A DNA stretch of 24,000 nucleotides from an uncultured Peptococcaceae bacterium (GTDB lineage Bacteria; Bacillota; Peptococcia; Peptococcales; Peptococcaceae). The position numbers and the translations under genes were made by a program. This document shows positions 1 to 8,236 of this stretch, one piece after another. Every line of letters starts with the position of its first letter. Position 1 is the first letter of the stretch. Below the pieces are notes generated by a model that worked only from the letters and a program-made list of their open reading frames with translations, had not been told where the DNA came from and ran no database searches. The stretch spans positions 2,232-26,231 of the forward strand of contig CALAKO010000180.1 in NCBI GenBank assembly GCA_937922955.1. Direction: 5' to 3'.

Positions 1-216
1 CGCGGCCTGCGCGTGATCTCTGATTTTGAATACGAAATGCAGATGGCTTCTTTTAACCGCCATTTGAATCCAAATATTGAAACCGTATTTTTCACTGCCG
101 ACGGCGAATTTTCTATGGTAAGTTCCAGCATGATTCGCAACATTGCCAGCCTCAACGGCGACATTCGCGATTTTGTGCCAGCGCCGGTCTATGAAGCGCT
201 GCTCAAGAAATATTGA
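1..216 (+). CDS. coaD: Phosphopantetheine adenylyltransferase, C-terminal part (5' end lies outside the window)
   Basis: Frame 1 is open from base 1 (RGLRVISDFEYEMQMASFNRHLNPNIETVFFTADGEFSMVSSSMIRNIASLNGDIRDFVP...). This matches my recollection of the conserved CoaD C-terminal half (SDFEYE, ETVF, SSS..R....GGD...FVP). Stop TGA at 214-216. Confidence 0.85.
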   Translation, partial: RGLRVISDFEYEMQMASFNRHLNPNIETVFFTADGEFSMVSSSMIRNIASLNGDIRDFVPAPVYEALLKKY

Positions 217-217
217 T

Positions 218-862
218 TCAGCGGTGTTTGGCCAGAGGCAGCAATTCTGATAAATGTGAAATCATGTAAGTGGGCTGGGTGGCCAAGAGGCTATCAAGAT
301 CCACTGCTGTGAAACGAACGCCCGCGGTATCCACGTGGGCGTTTTTTCCACATAAAATGTCGTTAGGGCTGTCCCCAATCATCAAACAGTCGTCGGCGCT
401 GACGCCCAGCGCGTCTAGAGTGTAGAGCACTGGCGCCGGATCTGGCTTGTGAGCGGTGGTTTTTTCCGGCCCCACAAGAATGTCGATCAGATCACTGATG
501 CCGATGTGGGCCATCTGGGTGCGGGCATTTTCTTCTTTCTTCGATGTTACAATGGCGTTGATGCAGCCGGCATCGTGCAGCGCCTGCAAGGTGTCACGAG
601 CGCCTTCGATTTCTTTCAGCAGACTCAGGCCAATGGCATCGGAATGTTTGCGGTACACGCGCAGCAATTCGTCGGCATGCTCAGGGTCGAGATCCACCAG
701 TGCCTGCGCCAGCGGAATGCCGAAGGTGGCTGTGATGGTTTTTTCTGGCAGCTCAATGCCGCGTACTTCCCGGAAAGCCTGCTGGAAGCAATGGATGACA
801 TGGTGGTTGCTGTCGAGCAGTGTGCCGTCAAAATCAAATAAAAAAGTGGTATATTGTTTCAT
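218..862 (-). CDS. HAD-superfamily hydrolase (phosphoglycolate phosphatase / PpaX-like)
   Basis: 214 aa. HAD motif I FLFDFDGTLLDS, motif II VTSK, motif IV GDSPNDI. GGAGG SD 6 nt upstream of the ATG at 862. Confidence 0.85.
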   Translation of the reverse strand: MKQYTTFLFDFDGTLLDSNHHVIHCFQQAFREVRGIELPEKTITATFGIPLAQALVDLDPEHADELLRVYRKHSDAIGLSLLKEIEGARDTLQALHDAGCINAIVTSKKEENARTQMAHIGISDLIDILVGPEKTTAHKPDPAPVLYTLDALGVSADDCLMIGDSPNDILCGKNAHVDTAGVRFTAVDLDSLLATQPTYMISHLSELLPLAKHR

Positions 863-894
863 GTTTTACCTCCGAGATGAATAGGGGTGAGTAT

Positions 895-2919
895 ATGACG
901 CATTTAAGCGATGGGCCGGGCTCCGTCAAAGGCATCGGTCCGAAAAAACAGCGTTTACTGGAAGGCATGGGCATTCATACGCTGCGAGACGTCCTGCAGC
1001 TGTATCCGTTTCGTTACGACGATTGGAGTCAGCTGCTGCCAGTCAGCGAATGGCGCGGCCGAGATACGGCGGTCTTTGTTGGGCGTGTGACCCATGTGGA
1101 TGTATCGAACACCAGCCGCCGAAATGTGAAAGTGGTGAAGGCCGTGCTCGAAGGCCGCCAGGGTGAAATTGTCGCCACCTGGTTTGGCCGATATCAGATG
1201 GAAAAATACTTATATCCCAATGTGCGCATTCTGGTTTATGGACGCGTCAATAGCAATTACAGCATGGAACTTTCTGTGCAAGAGCATCAGTTCATAAAAA
1301 ATGAGGCACAGTTGCAGAAATTGTTGACCGTGCATCCTGTGTATAGTTTAACAGAAGGCATCGGTAAAGTCGATATGCTTCATCTCAGCGACGCCGCTTT
1401 GAAGGCGCTGCCCGAGCTTGCCGAACCACTGACAGCGGAGCAAGCCGAACGACACGGCGTTTTAACTTACCGTGAGGCTGTTCGCATGATTCACCGCCCA
1501 GCCAGCATGGCAGAGGCTGAACGCGCCTTTCATGATCTTGTTGTGTATGAATTTCTTGCACTCACGCTTTGGGGCGCGCTCTCTCGCAATCGTTCGCAAC
1601 AGGGGATTGCGCATACGGAACCGCCGCTTTTGGCGGACGCCTTTGTGGCTGCTTTGCCGTATGAATTGACCGGCGCTCAGCAGCGCGCCATTGCAGCCAT
1701 CGTTCACGACATGCAGTCGGCTCAGCAAATGCACCGCCTGCTTCAAGGGGATGTCGGCAGCGGCAAAACCAATGTTGCCTTTTACGCCATGCTCGTTGCC
1801 GTCTCTAATGGTCATCAGGCTGCGCTCATGGCGCCAACGGAAGTGCTGGCGCGGCAGCATTATGCTGGAGCCATGGCTGCTTTTGCGCCGTTGGGTGTGA
1901 ATGTGGCATTGCTCACTGGCCAGATGAAGAAGCGCGAGAAAGAAGAAATCCTTGCTGGTCTCGCCGATGGCAGCATTCACTGCGTTGTCGGTACGCACGC
2001 GCTCATTGAAGATCCGGTGCAGTTCCAAAGCCTCAGCGTTGTTGTCATCGACGAACAGCATCGCTTTGGTGTGCGTCAGCGTGAAGCTCTCGAACGCAAG
2101 GGCTGCCATCCCGATCTGCTCATTACCACCGCCACGCCGATTCCGCGTTCTCTGGCGCTCACTGTTTATGGCGATCTGGCGCTCACTGTCATCGATGAAA
2201 TGCCAAAGAATCGCCAGAAAGTCCAGACCATGTGGATCAATTCGCCGCGCTTGGCGGCTATGTATGGCTTCATCAAAGAAGAACTTGGGCGAGGACGCCA
2301 GGCCTTTATCGTTTGCCCGCTCGTTGAAGAATCGGAAAAGATCGATCTGGAAAATGCCATGTCTCTTGCCGAACAGCTGCAAAGCGATGTTTTTCGTCAA
2401 TGGACCGTTGGCTTGCTTCACGGCCGCATGCGACCCGATGAAAAAGAGGCCATCATGCAGCAGTTCCGCGACCAGCTCATCGACGTTCTCGTATCCACGA
2501 CCGTTATCGAAGTCGGCGTGGATATTCCAAACGCCACCATCATGGTCATTATGAACGCGGAACGGTTCGGCCTAGCCCAGCTGCACCAGCTGCGCGGACG
2601 CGTTGGCCGCGGCAGCGAAAAAAGTTACTGCATCCTTGTCAGCGACGCCCGCTCCGAGGAGAGCCAGGCCCGTCTCAAGCTCATGGCTACCACGTCCAGT
2701 GGTTTTGAAATCGCCGAAGAGGACTTGCGCCAGCGCGGACCCGGCGAGCTGCTCGGCCTGCGCCAACATGGACAGGGTTTGTTCCGTCTCGCTCGTCCGG
2801 GCTTTCACCAGGAAGAACTGGCCTTCGCTGAAACCATTGCCCGAGATTGTGCTGGCGAACCGCTCACCGACGGCGCGCGGGAAATGATCCAGGACATTGA
2901 ACGTAAAATTGTACCATAA
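895..2919 (+). CDS. recG: ATP-dependent DNA helicase RecG
   Basis: Wedge/OB N-terminus. Helicase motifs GDVGSGKT (Walker A), DEQHRFG, TATPIPRSL, QLHQLRGRVGRG. The track ORF begins at 820, but ATG 895 (MTHLSDGPGSVKGIGPKK) follows a GGGGTGAG SD-like site and removes a non-homologous extension that overlaps the divergent HAD gene. Confidence 0.92.
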   Translation: MTHLSDGPGSVKGIGPKKQRLLEGMGIHTLRDVLQLYPFRYDDWSQLLPVSEWRGRDTAVFVGRVTHVDVSNTSRRNVKVVKAVLEGRQGEIVATWFGRYQMEKYLYPNVRILVYGRVNSNYSMELSVQEHQFIKNEAQLQKLLTVHPVYSLTEGIGKVDMLHLSDAALKALPELAEPLTAEQAERHGVLTYREAVRMIHRPASMAEAERAFHDLVVYEFLALTLWGALSRNRSQQGIAHTEPPLLADAFVAALPYELTGAQQRAIAAIVHDMQSAQQMHRLLQGDVGSGKTNVAFYAMLVAVSNGHQAALMAPTEVLARQHYAGAMAAFAPLGVNVALLTGQMKKREKEEILAGLADGSIHCVVGTHALIEDPVQFQSLSVVVIDEQHRFGVRQREALERKGCHPDLLITTATPIPRSLALTVYGDLALTVIDEMPKNRQKVQTMWINSPRLAAMYGFIKEELGRGRQAFIVCPLVEESEKIDLENAMSLAEQLQSDVFRQWTVGLLHGRMRPDEKEAIMQQFRDQLIDVLVSTTVIEVGVDIPNATIMVIMNAERFGLAQLHQLRGRVGRGSEKSYCILVSDARSEESQARLKLMATTSSGFEIAEEDLRQRGPGELLGLRQHGQGLFRLARPGFHQEELAFAETIARDCAGEPLTDGAREMIQDIERKIVP

Positions 2920-2931
2920 AGGAGACTACTT

Positions 2932-3480
2932 ATGAGAATCATCGCAGGAGAGCGCCGAGGCGCCAAGCTTGAAGCTGTTCCCGGGCTCAACACTCGACCA
3001 ACCGCCGATCGTGTCAAAGAAGGCTTGTTTAACATTCTGCAAATGGACATCGACAGCGATACGGTTGTTCTTGATGCCTTTGCTGGTACTGGCGCCCTTG
3101 GTTTAGAAGCGCTCAGCCGTGGCGCCCGTCAGGCTGTTTTCATCGAGAACGATCCTCAGGCTCTTGCCGTGCTTCGTCGCAACATTGCCAAATGCCGCTA
3201 CGAAGACCGCGTCCGCGTCATCAGCGGCGACGCTCTTAGCACTTTGCCGCAGCTGTCCGGCACAGCCTTTGACCTGATCCTTCTTGACCCACCCTATCAA
3301 AAAAATTTATATTCACCGGTTCTTTTTTCCGTCATAAAGTACCATTTGCTGGACGAGTATGGTATACTAGTATCGGAACACTCAAAAACTGTCCCTTTTT
3401 CCTGGCAGGAAGAGGGTCTGAACTTGTATAAAACGAGATCCTATGGAGAAACGGTCCTGAACTTTTTTCGGGCTCAATGA
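2932..3480 (+). CDS. rsmD: 16S rRNA (guanine966-N2)-methyltransferase RsmD
   Basis: 182 aa. MRIIAGERRG..L....G.NTRPT.DRVKE.LFN N-terminus, SAM motif DAFAGTGALGLEALSRGA, catalytic DPPY. AAGGAG SD 7 nt upstream. Confidence 0.9.
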   Translation: MRIIAGERRGAKLEAVPGLNTRPTADRVKEGLFNILQMDIDSDTVVLDAFAGTGALGLEALSRGARQAVFIENDPQALAVLRRNIAKCRYEDRVRVISGDALSTLPQLSGTAFDLILLDPPYQKNLYSPVLFSVIKYHLLDEYGILVSEHSKTVPFSWQEEGLNLYKTRSYGETVLNFFRAQ

Positions 3481-3501
3481 CACCAGCTGGAGGTAAACGA
3501 C

Positions 3502-4008
3502 ATGGAAATATTGGATTTAATCGACAAACTTGCCTACATGGCAGAAAATGCGAAACAACCGCTGCTCAATAAAGATCAGATCATCCTTGATGAAAACGAA
3601 GTCTACGAACTCATCGATGCGCTTCGCAACAGCATTCCTACCGCCATCCAGGATGCGCAGTGGATCAAAAAAGACGAAGAACGCATCATCGCTGCTGCTC
3701 AGGAAGAACACGACAAAATTATTCAGGCAGCCAAAGACCATGCTGCGCTGCTCGTCAGCGAAGACGAAGTGGTACGTCGTGCTAACGCTGAAGCAGAAAA
3801 CATTCTTGCTCATGCTGATGCACAGGCTCATGAAATCATCGAAGGAGCATTCATCTATGCTCACGACTTGATGGACAAACTGGAAAACCAGCTTACTGTT
3901 TATTATGAAGTCGTACAAGAAGGTCGTGCTGATATTCAGAAGTCTCTTGAATCCATGCAGCAAAATAAGCCAGCGGCTTCTGATCTCGACGTTCACACCG
4001 AAGAATAA
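3502..4008 (+). CDS. Coiled-coil protein of unknown function (A/E/Q-rich; resembles ATP-synthase-b / V-ATPase-G-like hypothetical proteins)
   Basis: 168 aa. GGAGG SD 8 nt upstream. Heptad-like A/E/Q-rich central region (AAAQEEHDKIIQAAKDHAALL...AEAENILAHADAQAHEIIEGA). Followed by a terminator. Function not recognised. Confidence 0.75.
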   Translation: MEILDLIDKLAYMAENAKQPLLNKDQIILDENEVYELIDALRNSIPTAIQDAQWIKKDEERIIAAAQEEHDKIIQAAKDHAALLVSEDEVVRRANAEAENILAHADAQAHEIIEGAFIYAHDLMDKLENQLTVYYEVVQEGRADIQKSLESMQQNKPAASDLDVHTEE

Positions 4009-4054
4009 GAGCGTGTCCATGCGCCGTTCTCCGGGGACTTGAATAGAATCTACA

Positions 4055-4082
4055 CGCTTCCGCATTGCGGAGGCGTTTTTTT
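4055..4082 (+). terminator. Rho-independent terminator of the recG-rsmD-coiled-coil unit
   Basis: CGCTTCCGC-ATT-GCGGAGGCG hairpin (one G-U pair) followed by TTTTTTT. Confidence 0.75.
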
Positions 4083-4103
4083 GTGGAGCGGCATGTCTTC
4101 AAT

Positions 4104-4137
4104 AAAAAAACACATCCCACGACGGGATGTGTTTTTT
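4104..4137. terminator. Bidirectional terminator (serves the minus-strand MATE gene ending at 4146)
   Basis: A7 - ACACATCCC - acgac - GGGATGTGT - T6. Perfect 9-bp stem flanked by an A-run and a T-run. Confidence 0.8.
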
Positions 4138-4145
4138 ATTCGGGC

Positions 4146-5534
4146 TTAGCAGTAGCAGCTGGCAGCTGTTTTTTCTTTGAGGATGCTCATTTCCTTGAGG
4201 ATGAGAATCAGCGCCAGTATAAAGGCAAGGCCATCGGCTACAGGACCAGCCCAAAGCACACCTAGAACGCCCATGCTGTGGCAGAGCAGCATCACTGCCG
4301 GAATGAGAAAGAGAATCTGGCGGCTGAGGGAGACCAGGCCGGAACGCACAGGTTTGCCGATGGATTGGAAGAAGATGGCGCTTACGGTTTGGAAGCCGTT
4401 GAAGAAGCACAGCAGAGGGAAGATGCGGAAAGACAGCACGGAAAACTCCGTGTAAAGCTGGCCCTGATCGCCGAACAGAGCGGTCAATTGTTCCGGGAAC
4501 AGTTGGAAAGTGAGGAAGAAGAGCACGGCGACAATGGTGGCGGATTTTGCGGCGAGGGTGAAGGTTTTTTTCACACGGCCGTAGTCGCCGCTGCCGTAGT
4601 TATAGCCGACGATGGGCTGGGCACCGGTGGCGATGCCTGTGACAATGGAGGTGAGAATGGTATTGAATTTCATCACGATGCCAAAGGCCGCCAGCGGGAT
4701 GTCGGCGCCGTAGACAGACTGGGTGCCGCAGTGGACCAGGTAATAGTTGATGACGGTCATGATGACAGCCACAGCGATTTGTGAGACAAAACTGGACACA
4801 CCCAGCCCGGCTATGGTTTTGAGCAAGGAGAATTGTGGTTTCATGGCGGCAAGACGGATGGTTACCGTTTTAAAGCGCGGCAGATACCAGATGCTGATGG
4901 CGAAGTTGAGCAGCTGGCCGATCACAGTGGCGATGGCGGCGCCTTCCATGCCCCAGCCAAAGCCAAGCACAAAGAGAGCGTCCAAAGCAACGTTGGCAAG
5001 ACAGCCGACCGTCATGGCAATCATGGTTAGCTGCGGGGTGCCATCGGCACGGATGAGCGAGCACAGGCCGCAGCCAACAATAACGAAGGGAAAGCCAAGG
5101 ATGACGATGCGGCCATAGGCGAGGGCGTATTTCAGGTTGTCCGGTGTGGCGCCAAAAAGTCCCGTGAGCGGTTCAAGAAAGAGGGCGCAGATGATGAAAA
5201 AGAGAAACGCTACAATGATCAGCCAGGAAAGAGTGTTGTTGACGCCGTTTTCGGCAGCTTTGCGATCGCCGCGGCCAAGATGCAGGCTGAGAAAGGCGGC
5301 GCCGCCATCGCCGATGAGCAACGCAAACGCCATCATGACCATATTGAGTGGGAAGATGACGTTAGTGGCACTATTGCCCAGGGTGCCGACGCCCCAGCCG
5401 ATGAAGATTTGATCGACGATGTTGTAAAGGGCGTTGACCACCAATGCTACAACACTTGGAATGGCGTATTTCAACATGAGTTTGCCCAGCGGTGCGCTGG
5501 CGAGAAGATTATTTTCGTTGTTTTCTATTGTCAT
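4146..5534 (-). CDS. MATE family multidrug efflux transporter
   Basis: 462 aa, about 12 predicted TM helices. Typical MATE N-terminus (LGKLMLKYAIPSVVALVVNALYNIVDQIFIG). GGAGG upstream. Confidence 0.9.
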   Translation of the reverse strand: MTIENNENNLLASAPLGKLMLKYAIPSVVALVVNALYNIVDQIFIGWGVGTLGNSATNVIFPLNMVMMAFALLIGDGGAAFLSLHLGRGDRKAAENGVNNTLSWLIIVAFLFFIICALFLEPLTGLFGATPDNLKYALAYGRIVILGFPFVIVGCGLCSLIRADGTPQLTMIAMTVGCLANVALDALFVLGFGWGMEGAAIATVIGQLLNFAISIWYLPRFKTVTIRLAAMKPQFSLLKTIAGLGVSSFVSQIAVAVIMTVINYYLVHCGTQSVYGADIPLAAFGIVMKFNTILTSIVTGIATGAQPIVGYNYGSGDYGRVKKTFTLAAKSATIVAVLFFLTFQLFPEQLTALFGDQGQLYTEFSVLSFRIFPLLCFFNGFQTVSAIFFQSIGKPVRSGLVSLSRQILFLIPAVMLLCHSMGVLGVLWAGPVADGLAFILALILILKEMSILKEKTAASCYC

Positions 5535-5571
5535 GAATCGTATGACCTCCTATGTGATAAAGGAAGGCTTC

Positions 5572-5600
5572 TTGACGAAGGGTTCCTAATGAGATAGGAT
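5572..5600 (+). promoter_or_regulatory. Candidate sigma-70 promoter of the merR-family gene (TTGACG-17-TAGGAT), back-to-back with the MATE promoter
   Basis: TTGACG at 5572-5577, 17-nt spacer, TAGGAT at 5595-5600, about 50 nt upstream of the ATG at 5652. Confidence 0.5.
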
Positions 5601-5626
5601 AAACCATATGATAATCATAGAGTCAA
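5596..5626 (-). promoter_or_regulatory. MerR-type promoter/operator for the MATE gene: TTGACT - 19 bp - TATCCT with a central palindrome
   Basis: Minus strand reads TTGACT ctatgattatcatatggtt TATCCT. The 19-bp spacer contains the perfect palindrome TATGAT-T-ATCATA (forward 5607-5619). The over-long spacer plus dyad is the MerR-family hallmark. Confidence 0.75.
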
Positions 5627-5651
5627 TGAATTTTTGAGAAAGGAGAAAATA

Positions 5652-6455
5652 ATGGAGCGGTATCTATCCATCGGTGAGATGGCCAAAGCACGTGGGGTAA
5701 ATGTGCAGTCGCTGCGATATTATGAAAAGCTGGGGATTTTGGTGCCAGAATACGTGAATCTGCAGAGTGGTTATCGCTATTATGCACCAGAGCAGATTAT
5801 GATTTTGGACACGATCATTCTCTGTGTGGATTTAGGCATTCCGTTGAAACGGCTGAAGGATTATGTAGACGATGCAGGGCAGCTGGAATTTGAACGTTTA
5901 CTGGAAGATGGACGGCAGCAGGCGCAGGAAAAGATGAGAAAAATAGAGACGAGCCTGCACACCATTGATCGAACGCTGCAGCATGTTCATGCGCAGAAAG
6001 ATTATCTGGGACGGCAGGGGCATTATTCCCGATTTATTTTTGCACGCACGGTGCTAACGCTGCCTTGCCTGCAAACACCAAGCGGTGAAGTTTACGAGAA
6101 AACCCTTAGTAGTTTGTTTGATCTTGCTTACGAAAAGGGACTGAAAGCATCTTTTCCGCACGGCATCATATCGCATTACGAGGATGGGCGCTTTTGTGAG
6201 GCACGCATGTTTTTGGAGGTGCAGCCGGAAGACTCGGAATGGGTGGAGTGTTTACCAGCTGGCAAGTATCATTGTTACCAGGAGAAGCGGGAAATTCACA
6301 CCAATCCAGCTCGGGTATTTGCTGAAAACTTGAAGCAGCAGGGTGATGCAGAGATCATCGTTTCCAGTATGTCACCAAGCTCCTACAAATACGATGAAGT
6401 GGTGTTGGAATTTCAGCTGTTGCAGACGATGCAGGCATCCGCGCAAGAAAAATAA
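5652..6455 (+). CDS. MerR family transcriptional regulator with C-terminal GyrI-like effector-binding domain (BmrR-like)
   Basis: N-terminal HTH YLSIGEMAKARGVNVQSLRYYEKLGIL, a coiled-coil dimerisation helix, and a roughly 150-aa C-terminal ligand domain. AAGGAGAA SD before ATG 5652 (the track ORF starts at an upstream TTG, 5634). Confidence 0.88.
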   Translation: MERYLSIGEMAKARGVNVQSLRYYEKLGILVPEYVNLQSGYRYYAPEQIMILDTIILCVDLGIPLKRLKDYVDDAGQLEFERLLEDGRQQAQEKMRKIETSLHTIDRTLQHVHAQKDYLGRQGHYSRFIFARTVLTLPCLQTPSGEVYEKTLSSLFDLAYEKGLKASFPHGIISHYEDGRFCEARMFLEVQPEDSEWVECLPAGKYHCYQEKREIHTNPARVFAENLKQQGDAEIIVSSMSPSSYKYDEVVLEFQLLQTMQASAQEK

Positions 6456-6457
6456 AA

Positions 6458-6481
6458 AAGATTGACCTTGCGGTCAATCTT
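6458..6481 (-). terminator. Terminator for the minus-strand DUF1275 gene
   Basis: AAGATTGACC-ttgc-GGTCAATCTT perfect 10-bp stem. An A-run on the + strand at 6454-6459 gives a U-run after the hairpin on the minus strand. Confidence 0.65.
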
Positions 6482-6502
6482 AGAAGGGCTTTGGTTGTAT
6501 AG

Positions 6503-6530
6503 CCGGTCTTCAACAAGAGGGCCGGTTTTT
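6503..6530 (+). terminator. Terminator for the merR-family gene
   Basis: CCGGTCTT / AGAGGGCCGG stem (two G-U pairs), 7-nt loop, followed by TTTTT. Confidence 0.6.
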
Positions 6531-6538
6531 GTGTGGAA

Positions 6539-7249
6539 TCACTGGCGTCCAGCGGCTTCATCGATCTCCATACGGATGAACATGAGTGAAAAACTGATGA
6601 AAAGCAGCAGGCAGGAAATCCAAATGGTGTGCATAGCGAGCTTTGGCAGAAGAAGGGCACCGAGCACAGCACCGAGGGTGAAAAAGAGGATGATGCCCCA
6701 GTAGTAGGCGGCTTTGTGCAGAGTATCGGTGTTGCGGTTCTGGCGATATTTCACCAACGCCTCCATGCCGCTGCGGATGTTGCCAATGCACATGGTGCTG
6801 GCAAAGGAACAGCCGTGAACTTTGCGGAAGGTCTGCACCTGCATGGCGCAGGCGAAGGAAACCATGGCGTTGGCGAGCAGATTTAGGGATTCTGGAAGAA
6901 TTCCTACAATGAGAAGGATGAATATTTCTAGAATCAATACCATCTGACGCCAATGCAACCACTGTGCCTGCTGAAAAGATTCGCGGATCATTTCGGCGAC
7001 GGCCACGCCAAGGGCGAAAAACAGCAATGGAATCAAATAATGCAGTGATGCCGTCCAATGATGTTCATAGAGTGTCTGACCCAGCAGCACAAGATTGCCG
7101 GTCTGCGCATTGGCAAACACCTGCCCTCGGGAGATGTAGGTGTAAGCATCCTGCAGCCCGCCTGACAGCGACAGAAAACCAGCAGTAATAAACGACTCAG
7201 ACATTTGGCCGGTCTGGCCTTGAAGAAATTGTTTCAAATGGAATTCCAT
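6539..7249 (-). CDS. YoaK/DUF1275 family membrane protein
   Basis: Signature ESF..AGFLSLSGGLQDAYTYISRGQVFANAQTGN, about 6 TM helices. Start chosen at ATG 7249 (GAAGG SD 10 nt upstream). ATG 7204 is an alternative start. Confidence 0.8.
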   Translation of the reverse strand: MEFHLKQFLQGQTGQMSESFITAGFLSLSGGLQDAYTYISRGQVFANAQTGNLVLLGQTLYEHHWTASLHYLIPLLFFALGVAVAEMIRESFQQAQWLHWRQMVLILEIFILLIVGILPESLNLLANAMVSFACAMQVQTFRKVHGCSFASTMCIGNIRSGMEALVKYRQNRNTDTLHKAAYYWGIILFFTLGAVLGALLLPKLAMHTIWISCLLLFISFSLMFIRMEIDEAAGRQ

Positions 7250-7314
7250 ATTGACGATACCTTCTTTGATCAAAATCATCGTGTCGCTGTCTGATCAGGC
7301 GACACTGGTTATAC

Positions 7315-7323
7315 AGTATAGCA
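7315..7323 (-). promoter_or_regulatory. Candidate extended -10 promoter (TGcTATACT) for the DUF1275 gene
   Basis: Minus strand reads ctcTGCTATACTgtataacc. No good -35. Confidence 0.35.
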
Positions 7324-7354
7324 GAGAGCGGAAGAAATTTCCATGTAAGAATGC

Positions 7355-7384
7355 AAAACGTTTCCGCAATTGTGGAAACGTTTT
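7355..7384. other. Perfect 11-bp hairpin flanked by A- and T-runs, sitting between two divergent promoters
   Basis: AAAACGTTTCC-gcaattgt-GGAAACGTTTT followed by tgtgttt. Terminator-like, but there is no upstream gene on either strand. Confidence 0.5.
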
Positions 7385-7447
7385 TGTGTTTAAAGAGGTT
7401 TTGTAAAGAAAGATGGATAATTATGTGCACAAATTTTCTGCAAGAGA

Positions 7448-7456
7448 TGATATAAT
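7448..7456 (+). promoter_or_regulatory. Candidate extended -10 promoter (TGATATAAT) for the ABC exporter operon
   Basis: TGATATAAT at 7448-7456, about 45 nt upstream of the ATG at 7501. Confidence 0.5.
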
Positions 7457-7500
7457 TCATTATATAGAAATGACTCTGTATTTTTGTTAAAGTTGGCTGA

Positions 7501-8226
7501 ATGATAGAAAGGAACAGGACAGTGGAACCATTCATTCGTTTTAAAGACGTGAAGAAAATCTATCGTGTCGGTTCAGTGGATATTGAAGCGCTGCATGATG
7601 TGAGTTTTGAAGTGGAAAAAGGCGAAATCTGCATCATTGTTGGGGCGTCTGGTGCTGGGAAGACGACGCTGCTGAATATCCTTGGCGGCATGGATGCGCT
7701 GACGAGCGGTGAGGTGTGGCTGGATGGCAAGAATATTGCTGGATATTCGGACAAGCAGCTGACAACGTATCGCCGTTACGATATTGGCTTTGTGTTCCAG
7801 TTTTACAATCTGATACCAAATCTGACGGCGCTGGAAAATGTGGAGCTGGCCACGCAGATTGGTTTGGATCCTGCTGATCCGGCGACGGTGCTGGAAGAGG
7901 TTGGGCTTGGCGAGCGTAAGAATAATTTCCCGGCGCAACTGTCTGGTGGGGAGCAGCAGCGTGTGGCAATCGCCCGTGCTTTGGCGAAAAATCCGAAGCT
8001 GTTGTTGTGCGACGAACCGACAGGAGCATTGGATTACAACACAGGCAAATTGATTCTGAAGCTGTTGCAGGACACCTGCCGTAAAAACAATATGACCGTT
8101 GTCATCGTTACTCATAACCTGGCTTTGTGTCCGATGGCGGATCGCGTGGTCCATGTAAAGAGCGGTCAGATTCAGAAAGTGGAGCTGAACGAACATCCTA
8201 TGTCCATCGATGACATCGAATGGTGA
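7501..8226 (+). CDS. ABC transporter ATP-binding protein (MacB/LolD/FtsE-type)
   Basis: Walker [10 protein letters not shown], signature [15 protein letters not shown], Walker [14 protein letters not shown]-loop VTHN. The start could instead be GTG 7522 (AAAGGAA 8 nt upstream). Confidence 0.9.
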   Translation: MIERNRTVEPFIRFKDVKKIYRVGSVDIEALHDVSFEVEKGEICIIVGASGAGKTTLLNILGGMDALTSGEVWLDGKNIAGYSDKQLTTYRRYDIGFVFQFYNLIPNLTALENVELATQIGLDPADPATVLEEVGLGERKNNFPAQLSGGEQQRVAIARALAKNPKLLLCDEPTGALDYNTGKLILKLLQDTCRKNNMTVVIVTHNLALCPMADRVVHVKSGQIQKVELNEHPMSIDDIEW

Positions 8227-8236
8227 GGTGAGCGCA

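Noticed and set aside
1462-2421. 319-aa ORF on the minus strand
   Set aside because: It is antisense to recG, whose helicase motifs validate the plus-strand frame. The translation has no recognisable features.
7351-7455. 34-codon ORF (MQNVSAIVETFLCLKRF...) running through the 7355-7384 hairpin
   Set aside because: It has no SD, it runs through a strong hairpin and a promoter element, and it is probably fortuitous.
7197-7535. 112-aa ORF on the minus strand spanning the AT-rich divergent intergenic region
   Set aside because: It overlaps two start regions and both promoters, has no RBS, and its AT-rich composition is atypical of the coding sequence in this window.
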